Shown here piece after piece: positions 7,733 through 16,178 of a DNA stretch of 64,000 nucleotides (its first letter is position 1; each line of letters starts with the position of its first letter). The position numbers were made by a program, and so were the translations under genes. Under the pieces are notes generated by a model. That model was not told the origin of the DNA, did not search any database, and saw only the letters and a program-made list of their open reading frames with translations. The DNA is from Patescibacteria group bacterium (lineage in GTDB: Bacteria > Patescibacteriota > Microgenomatia > UBA12405), in contig JBBTXE010000001.1 in assembly GCA_038062455.1 (NCBI GenBank), positions 381,760 to 445,759 of the forward strand, in the 5' to 3' direction.

Positions 7733-8539
7733 GTGAAGACAAACTCAAAATTAGACTCTTTTCCCGATAAATCCTTCACCCTTAGCCTGACTGTTTCAAA
7801 GTCGGAGATTAGCGCTGAAAGGGAACTGGTTTTAAAATCCATTGCCCTTAATTTCGAAAACAAGGGTTTTCGTAAAGGCAAAGCCCCGATAAGTGTCATC
7901 GAATCCCAAATCTCTCCCCAAAAACTGCTTGAAGAAATAATTAATTCCCTCCTGCCCAAAATTTACTCCCAAGCGATTTCTGAGCACCAACTAAAACCAG
8001 CCACCTCCCCGGTAGTAAAAATAAAAAACCCACCTTTTTCTTTGGATAAAGACTGGGCAATAGAAGCTAACGGCGCCCAAATTCCCGACATTGCTATTAA
8101 CCCCAAATTTTTTTCTGAAATAAAGACAATAAATCAAAACAAAGATCAAAATAATAATAAAAAAACCGATGAAATTCTCAAAAAACTTATTGAGTTCTCC
8201 CGAGTTCAATTAGCCAGACTAATTATTGACAACGATCTAAACCGTAAACTATCCGACCTTATCGACCAAACTCAACAAGCTGGAATTACTATCGATTCTT
8301 ATTTAAAAAACCGAAACCAAAGTCTAGAGAACTACAAAAAAGAAATGGAGCAAAGAATTTCTGAGGAGTGGACTTTAAATCTGGCCATCAGCCAAATTGC
8401 TCTGTCTCAAAAAATTACCCCCGATGCCAAGGAAATTGAAGAAATAGTCAAAAAAAACCCAAAATTATCCTCAAATCCCGATCTGGCCTACTACCTTCTG
8501 ACTCAACAAAAGGTTATCGACTATTTACTAACACAATAA
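7733..8539 (+). CDS. tig: trigger factor (short form; N-terminal ribosome-binding domain plus part of the PPIase/C-domain)
   Basis: GFRKGKAP is the trigger-factor ribosome-binding signature, in an N-terminal domain of matching length. Confidence 0.65.
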   Translation: MKTNSKLDSFPDKSFTLSLTVSKSEISAERELVLKSIALNFENKGFRKGKAPISVIESQISPQKLLEEIINSLLPKIYSQAISEHQLKPATSPVVKIKNPPFSLDKDWAIEANGAQIPDIAINPKFFSEIKTINQNKDQNNNKKTDEILKKLIEFSRVQLARLIIDNDLNRKLSDLIDQTQQAGITIDSYLKNRNQSLENYKKEMEQRISEEWTLNLAISQIALSQKITPDAKEIEEIVKKNPKLSSNPDLAYYLLTQQKVIDYLLTQ

Positions 8540-8579
8540 AGTTCGCAAACTGTCTTATAATCTGATATAATACCTTCCT

Positions 8580-9152
8580 ATGGCAGGTATACTGGCATCC
8601 AAAACAAATCCTAAAAAGATTCAATCTCAAAACGCAGCTAACAGTAATGAAATTCTTAAGGACTCTCAATCTGCTCCTAAAACACCCCAAAAATTAACAC
8701 TTCGTGGAATTTTGGGCCTAAACCAACCGGTGGAAATCCACCCCGCCGCGGCGGGGTGGACTAAAGAAAATCTCGGATTAAACTATCTTGCCACTCAAGA
8801 AAAAGTCCTTTTAGATCAAAAACAAAAAGAATTGGAAAAAGCTGTTGCTGATCTTCAAGAAGAGTTGAAAAAATTAGTTTCCGCCTCTGAGGGTATTGGC
8901 TCTCAAATCGAAAATGCTGTTTTGGAAAATATCCCCCAAGCCTCTGAATATCAGATTTCCTTCCTGAAACGTCTCAAAAACCTCATTGTCAACTTCCGTA
9001 AAAACCTCAACCAAGCTTCCACTTGGCTGGAATGCTTCAATACCAAAAAGAAAAAGAAAAATTATTTTTGGACTATGTCTCGGGACAAAAAGAAAGGTGG
9101 CGAAGCCTATATGTTCAGCGACGAACATTCCGCTGCCAGAAGCGTAGCTTAA
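8580..9152 (+). CDS. hypothetical protein (Lys-rich; contains a 24-bp perfect GC palindrome at 8737-8760)
   Basis: 190-aa ORF with host codon usage. Confidence 0.35.
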   Translation: MAGILASKTNPKKIQSQNAANSNEILKDSQSAPKTPQKLTLRGILGLNQPVEIHPAAAGWTKENLGLNYLATQEKVLLDQKQKELEKAVADLQEELKKLVSASEGIGSQIENAVLENIPQASEYQISFLKRLKNLIVNFRKNLNQASTWLECFNTKKKKKNYFWTMSRDKKKGGEAYMFSDEHSAARSVA

Positions 9153-9173
9153 TTTTGCTATAATTCCCTCATC

Positions 9174-9250
9174 GAATCTGTAGCTCAGTTGGTTAGAGCG
9201 CATCATTGACATTGATGAGGTCAGAGGTTCAAGTCCTCTCAGATTCACCA
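9174..9250 (+). tRNA. tRNA-Val (anticodon GAC), CCA encoded
   Basis: GAATCTG/CAGATTC acceptor stem, D-arm GCTCAGTTGGTTAGAGC, anticodon loop TTGACAT, T-arm GAGGTTCAAGTCCTC, and a terminal CCA. Confidence 0.8.
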
Positions 9251-9278
9251 CAATATATAATGATAAAATCAATACAAT

Positions 9279-9551
9279 ATGAACGATAGATATATTAATA
9301 CAATAGAAAAATGGGACGAAAAAGCCCGGGAACTAGCCGCGCAGGCCGCAATTCCTGATAGCCCGGTTGCCCGAGCTCTCACACCTTATCTGACAGCCAA
9401 AAACCCTAACCTGGAACCATCCATTAAAACTTTCTTAATTGACCTTAAAGCTGGACTTTCGGGTGTCGGATTCCAATGCCGATATGGCGTTCACCCCCAA
9501 GCAGTCATTGACGCTAAAAAAACAACTACTACTTCGCCCGATGGGGCATAA
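9279..9551 (+). CDS. hypothetical protein
   Basis: 90-aa ORF immediately upstream of thrS. Confidence 0.3.
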   Translation: MNDRYINTIEKWDEKARELAAQAAIPDSPVARALTPYLTAKNPNLEPSIKTFLIDLKAGLSGVGFQCRYGVHPQAVIDAKKTTTTSPDGA

Positions 9552-9607
9552 TTACGTGCCTTAATTCGGGCTCTCTTTTTCCCTTATTTATTCTATAATT
9601 CTCCTAT

Positions 9608-11404
9608 ATGTCACAACTAGATTCTCAAAAGCACGATTCTGATCAACTTTATAAAATTCGTCACAGTGCCGAGCATGTTCTCCATCAAGCTCTGCTCAAT
9701 CTTTATCCCGAAAAAATATTTCCTGCCATGGGACCGGCTACCGACGAGGGTTTTTACATGGACTTCGAGCCGCTTGATGGCTTTAAAGTCTCCGAAGAAG
9801 ATTTTCCTAAAATCGAAGCCGAAATGCAAAAAATCATCAAAGAGAATCTGCCAATTATACAGGAAGAAATTAATATTGCCGAGGCCAAAAAATTATTTGC
9901 TAAAAACCCCTACAAAATCGAATGGCTTGAAACTATCAAAGATCGAAGCGAAATTATTTCCATTTACAAAACCGGAACAGAGCTGGTTGACCTTTGCGCC
10001 GGCCCCCATGTCACCTCTACCGGTGATATCAAAGCCTTCAAACTCCTTTCCATTGCCGGCGCCTATTGGCATGGCGATGAAAAAAACAAAATGTTGACCC
10101 GTATCTATGGCACTGCTTTTGGGTCAAAAGAAGAGTTGGAAAAATATCTTCAAGAACTCGAGGATGCCAAATTGCATGATCACCGTAAAATAGGCAAAGA
10201 CTTGGGACTATTTGTTTTTTCCGATTTAGTCGGTAAGGGATTACCCACGTTTGGACCAAAAGGTGCCACCATCAAAAGAGAATTGGAACGCTTCACTGTC
10301 GACGAAGAATTAAAACGTGGCTACCATCACGTTATTACCCCCGATCTGGCCAAGGTCGATCTTTACAAAAAATCCGGCCACTATCCCTACTACAAAGACA
10401 CGATGTATCCAGTGATGAAAGTCGATGAAGAAGAGCTCATTCTTCGACCAATGACTTGTCCCCACCACTTTATGTTTTATAAATCTCAAAGTCACAGTTA
10501 TAAAGAATTACCCTATCGTATCGCTGAAATTGCTCATCAATATCGTTACGAAAAAAGCGGTGAACTATCAGGCTTAACCCGCGTCAGAATGTTTTGCCTG
10601 GCCGACGCTCACATTATTTGCGCTAAGGATCAAGCTAAACAAGCAATCAATGAAGTTTTGGAACTTATAGATTTTGCCAACGAAAAATTTGGCCTGATTA
10701 GAGGCACTGATTATCGCTATCGTTTGTCTTTAGGAGATAGGAAAGACACCCAGAAATATTTTAAAGATGATGCTTCTTGGGACCACGCTGAGAATGTCCT
10801 GCGTGAAGTATTAATCGACCTAAAGGCTCCATTTTATGAAGCCGAAAACGAAGCCGCCTTTTATGGCCCCAAAATTGATATCCAAGTCAAAAAAGCTGGT
10901 GGTAAGGAAGAAACCGCTTTTACAGTTCAATACGATTTCGTCATGCCCAACCGTTTTGATCTGATTTTTACCAACAAAGAAGGTAAAGACGAAAGTCCGG
11001 TGGTAATTCATCGATCATCCATCGGCTGTATTGAGCGCACCATGGCTCTATTAATCGAAAAGTTCATGGGTAACTTTCCTCTTTGGCTCGCCCCGATCCA
11101 AGCTAAAATTATTCCCATCACCGACGCCCAGCACGAATATGCCAACAAGATATTTGAAAAATTAAAGGGGGAGGGGATTCGGGTCGAAATTGACAACCGC
11201 TCTGAAAAAATGCAGTCAAAAATCCGCGATGCTCAAATGGAAAAAATCCCCTACATGTTAATAATCGGACCCCGCGAAGCCGCGTCTGACGCGGTTTCTG
11301 TCCGCCAGCGCGACAATCAGGATCTAGGGGCAATAAGTGTGAATGATTTTTTAGCCAAAATTAAGGAACAAATTACCACCAAATCTCTTAATCTGATAAA
11401 ATAA
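9608..11404 (+). CDS. thrS: threonyl-tRNA synthetase (starts at the second additional domain; no TGS/N1 domain)
   Basis: HSAEHVLHQA is the SAD HxxxH motif. LTRIYGTAFGSKEEL, the class II core motifs and a C-terminal anticodon-binding domain are present. Confidence 0.9.
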   Translation: MSQLDSQKHDSDQLYKIRHSAEHVLHQALLNLYPEKIFPAMGPATDEGFYMDFEPLDGFKVSEEDFPKIEAEMQKIIKENLPIIQEEINIAEAKKLFAKNPYKIEWLETIKDRSEIISIYKTGTELVDLCAGPHVTSTGDIKAFKLLSIAGAYWHGDEKNKMLTRIYGTAFGSKEELEKYLQELEDAKLHDHRKIGKDLGLFVFSDLVGKGLPTFGPKGATIKRELERFTVDEELKRGYHHVITPDLAKVDLYKKSGHYPYYKDTMYPVMKVDEEELILRPMTCPHHFMFYKSQSHSYKELPYRIAEIAHQYRYEKSGELSGLTRVRMFCLADAHIICAKDQAKQAINEVLELIDFANEKFGLIRGTDYRYRLSLGDRKDTQKYFKDDASWDHAENVLREVLIDLKAPFYEAENEAAFYGPKIDIQVKKAGGKEETAFTVQYDFVMPNRFDLIFTNKEGKDESPVVIHRSSIGCIERTMALLIEKFMGNFPLWLAPIQAKIIPITDAQHEYANKIFEKLKGEGIRVEIDNRSEKMQSKIRDAQMEKIPYMLIIGPREAASDAVSVRQRDNQDLGAISVNDFLAKIKEQITTKSLNLIK

Positions 11405-11408
11405 ACCA

Positions 11409-11984
11409 ATGTATCCAAGAAAAACTTTTGTCCCCCGCTACCGGATTAATCAATACATTACCGCTCCGGAAATTAGATTAATCGACGAGGATGCCAAACA
11501 AATCGGCGTCATGCCTCTCGGAGAGGCTCAACAACTATCGCGCCAAAACGGTCTTGATCTGGTCGAAATCGCCCCCAAAGCCGTGCCTCCGGTAGTCAAA
11601 CTAATTGAGTTTTCTAAATTTAAATATCAGGAAGCCAAAAAACAAAAAGCCGAAAAAAGAGGCATTAAGGGTGGTGAAACCAAGGAAATTCAAATGACTC
11701 CCTTTATCGGCAAAGGAGACTACGCCACCCGTCTTAAGCGAACCAATGAATTTTTATCCACTGGAAATAAAGTCAAAATCAGTATAAAATTCCAAGGTCG
11801 CCAAATTCAAAAACCAGAATTCGGCCACCAATTACTTGCCCGCTTTATTAAAGATCTCTCCGAAACCTCCTCGGCTACACCCGACGGCGAATCCAAATTA
11901 ATCGGTAAAAGACTCCTTTTAACCCTGTCACCTAATAAAAATAAAAATAAAAATGAGAAAACCAAGCAACAAACACAAAGTTAG
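11409..11984 (+). CDS. infC: translation initiation factor IF-3
   Basis: INQYITAPEIRLIDEDAKQIGV...GLDLVEIAPKA is characteristic of IF-3, which sits immediately downstream of thrS in the conserved operon. Confidence 0.85.
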   Translation: MYPRKTFVPRYRINQYITAPEIRLIDEDAKQIGVMPLGEAQQLSRQNGLDLVEIAPKAVPPVVKLIEFSKFKYQEAKKQKAEKRGIKGGETKEIQMTPFIGKGDYATRLKRTNEFLSTGNKVKISIKFQGRQIQKPEFGHQLLARFIKDLSETSSATPDGESKLIGKRLLLTLSPNKNKNKNEKTKQQTQS

Positions 11985-12162
11985 AAAATCAGTTAGTAAC
12001 CGTTTTGAAGTCACTAAAAACGGCAAAGTATTGCGTCAATCCTCTTTTAACCGGCACCTCCGCCGCAAAAAATCAAAAAAACAATTACGCCGCCTTAAAG
12101 GCAAAAAACTGGTTCTCGGTCGTTTCGCTGTTAAAGTAAAGAAGCTCTTAGGATTGGCTTAA
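11953..12162 (+). CDS. rpmI: 50S ribosomal protein L35
   Basis: Basic 69-aa protein (KHKVRKSVSNRFEVTKNGKVLRQ...) in the canonical position after infC. Confidence 0.8.
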   Translation: MRKPSNKHKVRKSVSNRFEVTKNGKVLRQSSFNRHLRRKKSKKQLRRLKGKKLVLGRFAVKVKKLLGLA

Positions 12163-12210
12163 CTTTTATTATACTTAATACATAATACTTAATACTTAAT
12201 ACATCCCCAC

Positions 12211-12564
12211 ATGAGAGTTAAAACAGGAACAGTTCGTCGCCAATTTCACAAGAAAGTCCTCAAAGCTGCCAAAGGTTATTGGATGACCCGTCATAAGCGC
12301 TACAAAGTCGCTGCCGAAGCCATACTTCATGCCGGTCAATATGCCTACAACGGCCGCCGGATCCGCCGCCGCGATCTTCGAAAACTCTGGATTATCCGTC
12401 TCAATGCCGCTCTAAAAGATTTTGATTTAAGCTATTCCAAATTCATTAATTTAGCTAAAAATGCCAAAATGGTCTTAAACCGCAAAATGCTATCCGAGCT
12501 AGCCATCAATGACCCCACTGTCTTTAAATCAGTCGTTAATACTGTTTCTGCCTTTAAAAAATAA
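12211..12564 (+). CDS. rplT: 50S ribosomal protein L20
   Basis: MRVKTGTVRR..KKVLKAAKGYW...AGQYAYNGRR is a near-textbook L20 N-terminus. Confidence 0.9.
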   Translation: MRVKTGTVRRQFHKKVLKAAKGYWMTRHKRYKVAAEAILHAGQYAYNGRRIRRRDLRKLWIIRLNAALKDFDLSYSKFINLAKNAKMVLNRKMLSELAINDPTVFKSVVNTVSAFKK

Positions 12565-12567
12565 AAT

Positions 12568-12610
12568 CAGGGAACTTTACATTTAAAGCTCCCTAACGGG
12601 GGCTTTTTTT
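12568..12610 (+). terminator. rho-independent terminator after rplT
   Basis: Hairpin cagggaacttt...aaagctccct followed by gggggcTTTTTTTT. Confidence 0.5.
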
Positions 12611-12708
12611 TATAATTTTATGAAAAAATTTGGAACACAATCACATAATTTTTCGATAAAATATAATCCAGCGAGCGTAAGCGAGTCGGATAATATAAAA
12701 TAAAACCA

Positions 12709-13719
12709 ATGAACCTAGACCGAATTAAAAAACAAATCGCCAATATCACTACCGCTGCCGAGTTGGAAAAAATCCGCGTTGAACTTCTCGGCCGAAACGG
12801 TCTTCTCAATAAACTCTTTTCCGAAATCAAAACCGCCCCCAACCCCAAACAATACGGTGCTACCCTAAATCAACAAAAAAAAGAAATTGAAGAATTAATC
12901 TCTGTTAAACAAAAAACTCTTTCTCCTGAAATTAGAAATTTGAAACCTGCCCGTCCGGCAGGCGGGTTAGAAATTGAAAATTCCCAATTTAGTTTACCTA
13001 AATTGGGTCACCTCCATCCCATTACCATCACCGAACGTCAAGTAAATGAAATTTTCCGAAAGTTAGGATTTTCTTTGTACGATGGTCCCGAAATCGAAAC
13101 TGATGAATTTTGCTTCCAACGCATGAACGTCCCCCAAAACCACCCTTCTCGAGAAATGCAAGACAGCATTTATATTCACGAACCCGAATATCTACTCCGT
13201 ACTCAAACGTCAAGCATAGAAGCCCGGCTTTTAGCCCAGGAAAAACCACCCTTTAAAGCTGCCTTCCCAGGTCGTACTTATCGTAACGAAAAAGTTACTA
13301 AAAGTAATCACTTCATCTTTCACCAATATCAAGGTGTTGCGATTGATAAAAATATAACCCTTAAAGACTCGATTGGCACTTTTAACACTCTTTTTAAAGA
13401 GCTTTACGGTAACGATGTTCATGCTCGCTATCGTTGTAAATATTATCCGGAAGTTGAACCTGGAATGGGATTTGATTTAGAATGTTTTAACTGTCACGGT
13501 GTTGGTTGTTCAATCTGTAAAGGAGCTGGCTGGATTGAGATGGGTGGAGCTGGGATTATTCATCCCCAAGTCCTGACCATGGCCGGAATTGATCCAAAAA
13601 TCTGGCGCGGTTTCGCTTTCGCCCTTGGTCTTGACCGTTGGGTTATGGCCAAATTTAATATCACCGATATTCGCACTTTACTTGGTGGCAATCTCGCCTA
13701 CAAACCAAATCAACTATGA
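12709..13719 (+). CDS. pheS: phenylalanyl-tRNA synthetase alpha subunit, with a Cys4 (CxxC..CxxC) insertion
   Basis: FPGRTYRNEKVTKSNHFIFHQYQGV is class II motif 2, and GMGFD...GAGIIHPQV is motif 3. Between them sits the insertion CFNCHGVGCSICKGAGW. Confidence 0.85.
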   Translation: MNLDRIKKQIANITTAAELEKIRVELLGRNGLLNKLFSEIKTAPNPKQYGATLNQQKKEIEELISVKQKTLSPEIRNLKPARPAGGLEIENSQFSLPKLGHLHPITITERQVNEIFRKLGFSLYDGPEIETDEFCFQRMNVPQNHPSREMQDSIYIHEPEYLLRTQTSSIEARLLAQEKPPFKAAFPGRTYRNEKVTKSNHFIFHQYQGVAIDKNITLKDSIGTFNTLFKELYGNDVHARYRCKYYPEVEPGMGFDLECFNCHGVGCSICKGAGWIEMGGAGIIHPQVLTMAGIDPKIWRGFAFALGLDRWVMAKFNITDIRTLLGGNLAYKPNQL

Positions 13720-14303
13720 AACTAAATCTATATTTAATCCCCAGCCTTGGCAGTAACTGCATTGATGATGGTTACCAACCAATAAAAAATAAATTAAAAG
13801 ATAAATTTAATGTAATTTATTCGAATATAAACTGGAAAAACTCATCTATCACCGAATGGTCAAAACAATTTACCCAACATTATCTCTCAACTAAAGCAAT
13901 AAAAAATATCATCGTCGGATTTTCTTACGGTGCAATGACTGCAATCAACGCAACCACAAATTTATCCCCAAACGAATTGATACTATGCTCTCTTTCTCCC
14001 TTCTTTTCCGAGTATCTAAACAAATTACCAAAAACATGGATTAGGTCTGAAAGCAAAAAAAGACTTTACGGTTTTAAAAACTGCTCAATCGAAAAAATCG
14101 CCAAATCAATTATCGACAAAAAGATAAACATACACCTAATGGTTGGTGAAAAAGAGTTAAAAATTTGGCCATCGATGAAATCAGCTACTTTCGAATTTAA
14201 TAAAATTTTAAAACCTAAAGATTTTATTATAGTTTCCAAAGCCAGACATCGTCTCGAAGAAAATTACCAAAATGAATTAATAAAACTTCTTCAACACCTA
14301 TGA
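13716..14303 (+). CDS. hypothetical alpha/beta-hydrolase-like protein (GFSYG nucleophile-elbow-like motif) inserted between pheS and pheT
   Basis: 195-aa ORF with a GxSxG-like motif (GFSYGA). Its codon usage is A/T-rich compared with the flanking pheS and pheT. Overlapping starts and stops (ATGA) at both ends. Confidence 0.35.
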   Translation: MKLNLYLIPSLGSNCIDDGYQPIKNKLKDKFNVIYSNINWKNSSITEWSKQFTQHYLSTKAIKNIIVGFSYGAMTAINATTNLSPNELILCSLSPFFSEYLNKLPKTWIRSESKKRLYGFKNCSIEKIAKSIIDKKINIHLMVGEKELKIWPSMKSATFEFNKILKPKDFIIVSKARHRLEENYQNELIKLLQHL

Positions 14304-16102
14304 AACTAATATATTCCGAAATTAAAAAATGGCTGCCCGCTCTTCCCGTCGACACCAAAACTCTCCGCGATGATCTAACCCTCATTGGTCACTTCGTCTC
14401 CGGTTTTGAAAACATTGACGGCGAAACTGTTCTCGACTTGGAAATTCGTCAAAATCGGGCTGATTGTCTGGGCTACTACGGTGTCGCCCGTGATTTAGCC
14501 GTTCTTTATAAAATCAATCTGACACTGCCTCAGATAAATACCATAAATTACGCCGATATTCCCGTTCCTGTTACTATTTCTTCCTCTGATGTCCATCGAA
14601 TTCAAGCCACCTCAATTTCTGGTATAAAAAATTATCCGTCCCCCGATTGGTTAGTCAAATTTTTAAAACTTCACGATATAAATTCCATCAATACCTTGGT
14701 TGATCTCACTAATTACGCCATGTTGGAGTGGGGAATTCCCTGCCACGCTTTTGACACCAACAAGTCAGCCAAGCTAATTTGGGAAAATAATCAAAAATAT
14801 TCCGAATTTATCTCACTAGATGGCACCAAGATTAAACTCCAACCTCAAAATTTAGTCATTTCTGACGGCAAAGAGGTTTTGTCCCTATCTTTCATTGGTG
14901 GCCAAAATTCCGGTATCGACTTAACTACCACCGATTCCATTTTAGAAATGGCTGTCTATAATCGGGTTCGAATCAGAAACGATTCCCGCTCCTTAAAAAC
15001 TATCACCGAAGCCTCTATTCGTCTTGACAAAGAATTAGACACCGAAACCATCCCTCTAGCTTTCTCTCATCTTATTTCTCTGATTCAAGAACACTGTCAG
15101 GCCACGGTCAGCGGACAACTTCTTGATATCTATCCCCAAAGGCCACCTCTTATCTCCATTTCCTTCGATCCTCAAAAACCATCTCTTTATGCCGGCATAA
15201 AAATCGATGATGAATTTTCAAAAAAAACATTAACTGCTTTAAATTGTTCTGTTTCCCCTCTTGTCAAAGAGGGGATTAAGGGGAGATTGTTGGTCTCCCC
15301 ACCATCTCTTCGAAAAGATCTGACTATTGAAGAAGATCTAATCGAAGAAATTATCCGTTTTTACGGCTATAACAAAATTCCTACCAACGACCCAATCGAC
15401 TCTACCCAATTTCCCGACATCACCCCTCCAATTCTATATTTATGTGAAAAACTCAAAGACGATTTAGTCGGCCTTGGCTACAATGAAGTCCGCTCCTGGC
15501 CCCTGGTTCGTCATTGCGAGGAGCCATGCGACGCGGCAATCTCAACCCAAAACTCTATCAATTCTGACTATCCCTACCTTCGACAATCTATAATTCAATC
15601 CCTAAAAAATCAACTAGACCAATATTCCAAATATAAACTACCCCACCCTCAATTTTTCGAAATCGGCAAAATCTTTTTTCAAAAAGATGGCAAATATATT
15701 GAAAAATATGCCCTGGGGATTTATAACCCCAATATTGACCATCTTAGTAGAGACGTAGCGCGCTACGTCTCTACAGATCAGGTGAAGTTAGATGGTTCTT
15801 TTGCTGAAATCATCCTCGATGACCTCCCTAAACCTGACAAATATATCCCTAAGGTTATTAACAACAACGCTATTGAGCTAACTTCCCAAATTATTACTCT
15901 CGATGCCAATGTCAACCTTAAATCACCCCAAGATCCGGCCAAATTAATTGCCAAATACTCTGCTCTTATCGATCCATCCATCCTCTGGTCTATAGAAATC
16001 ATTGACATCTACCAAACCCGCTGCACTTTCCGTGTTTCCTACTACAACTGCGACCACAAAAACGCCAAAAAAATCCACCTTAAAACCTTCAATCTGATTT
16101 AG
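14300..16102 (+). CDS. pheT: phenylalanyl-tRNA synthetase beta subunit (no N-terminal tRNA-binding domain)
   Basis: The B3/4 domain carries GIPCHAFD. The B5 domain carries DLTIEEDLIEEIIRFYGYNKIP. A catalytic-like core and C-terminal domain follow. Confidence 0.85.
   Translation: MKLIYSEIKKWLPALPVDTKTLRDDLTLIGHFVSGFENIDGETVLDLEIRQNRADCLGYYGVARDLAVLYKINLTLPQINTINYADIPVPVTISSSDVHRIQATSISGIKNYPSPDWLVKFLKLHDINSINTLVDLTNYAMLEWGIPCHAFDTNKSAKLIWENNQKYSEFISLDGTKIKLQPQNLVISDGKEVLSLSFIGGQNSGIDLTTTDSILEMAVYNRVRIRNDSRSLKTITEASIRLDKELDTETIPLAFSHLISLIQEHCQATVSGQLLDIYPQRPPLISISFDPQKPSLYAGIKIDDEFSKKTLTALNCSVSPLVKEGIKGRLLVSPPSLRKDLTIEEDLIEEIIRFYGYNKIPTNDPIDSTQFPDITPPILYLCEKLKDDLVGLGYNEVRSWPLVRHCEEPCDAAISTQNSINSDYPYLRQSIIQSLKNQLDQYSKYKLPHPQFFEIGKIFFQKDGKYIEKYALGIYNPNIDHLSRDVARYVSTDQVKLDGSFAEIILDDLPKPDKYIPKVINNNAIELTSQIITLDANVNLKSPQDPAKLIAKYSALIDPSILWSIEIIDIYQTRCTFRVSYYNCDHKNAKKIHLKTFNLI
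15747..15774. repeat. 28-bp perfect palindrome gtagagacgtagcgcgctacgtctctac inside pheT (family P1)
   Basis: Perfectly self-complementary. Read in frame it encodes SRDVARYVST. The same 9-bp arms recur at 52045, 53089 and 53807. Confidence 0.85.
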
Positions 16103-16122
16103 CAGTCCCCGTCGGGGACTGC
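16102..16122. terminator. bidirectional GC hairpin between convergent pheT and PBP1A
   Basis: gcagtcccc-gtc-ggggactgc, a 9-bp stem in an AT-rich spacer. Confidence 0.5.
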
Positions 16123-16178
16123 TAACATAGTGATCAAAATAGAAAGTTCGGTATCTTAGGTAATTAATTTATATCAAT

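Noticed and set aside
9617-11333. Antisense and alternative-frame ORFs of 60-143 aa inside thrS (e.g. 9666-10097, 10038-10259, 11118-11333), with similar shadow ORFs inside PBP1A, recG, pilB, ligA and gyrB
   Set aside because: They lie wholly inside strongly supported conserved genes. They are typical shadow ORFs with biased composition and no motifs.
12615-12708. pheST attenuator leader peptide in the pheS upstream region (27-aa ORF MKKFGTQSHNFSIKYNPASVSESDNIK)
   Set aside because: The peptide has only two Phe and no Phe run. No convincing alternative terminator or antiterminator pairings were seen.
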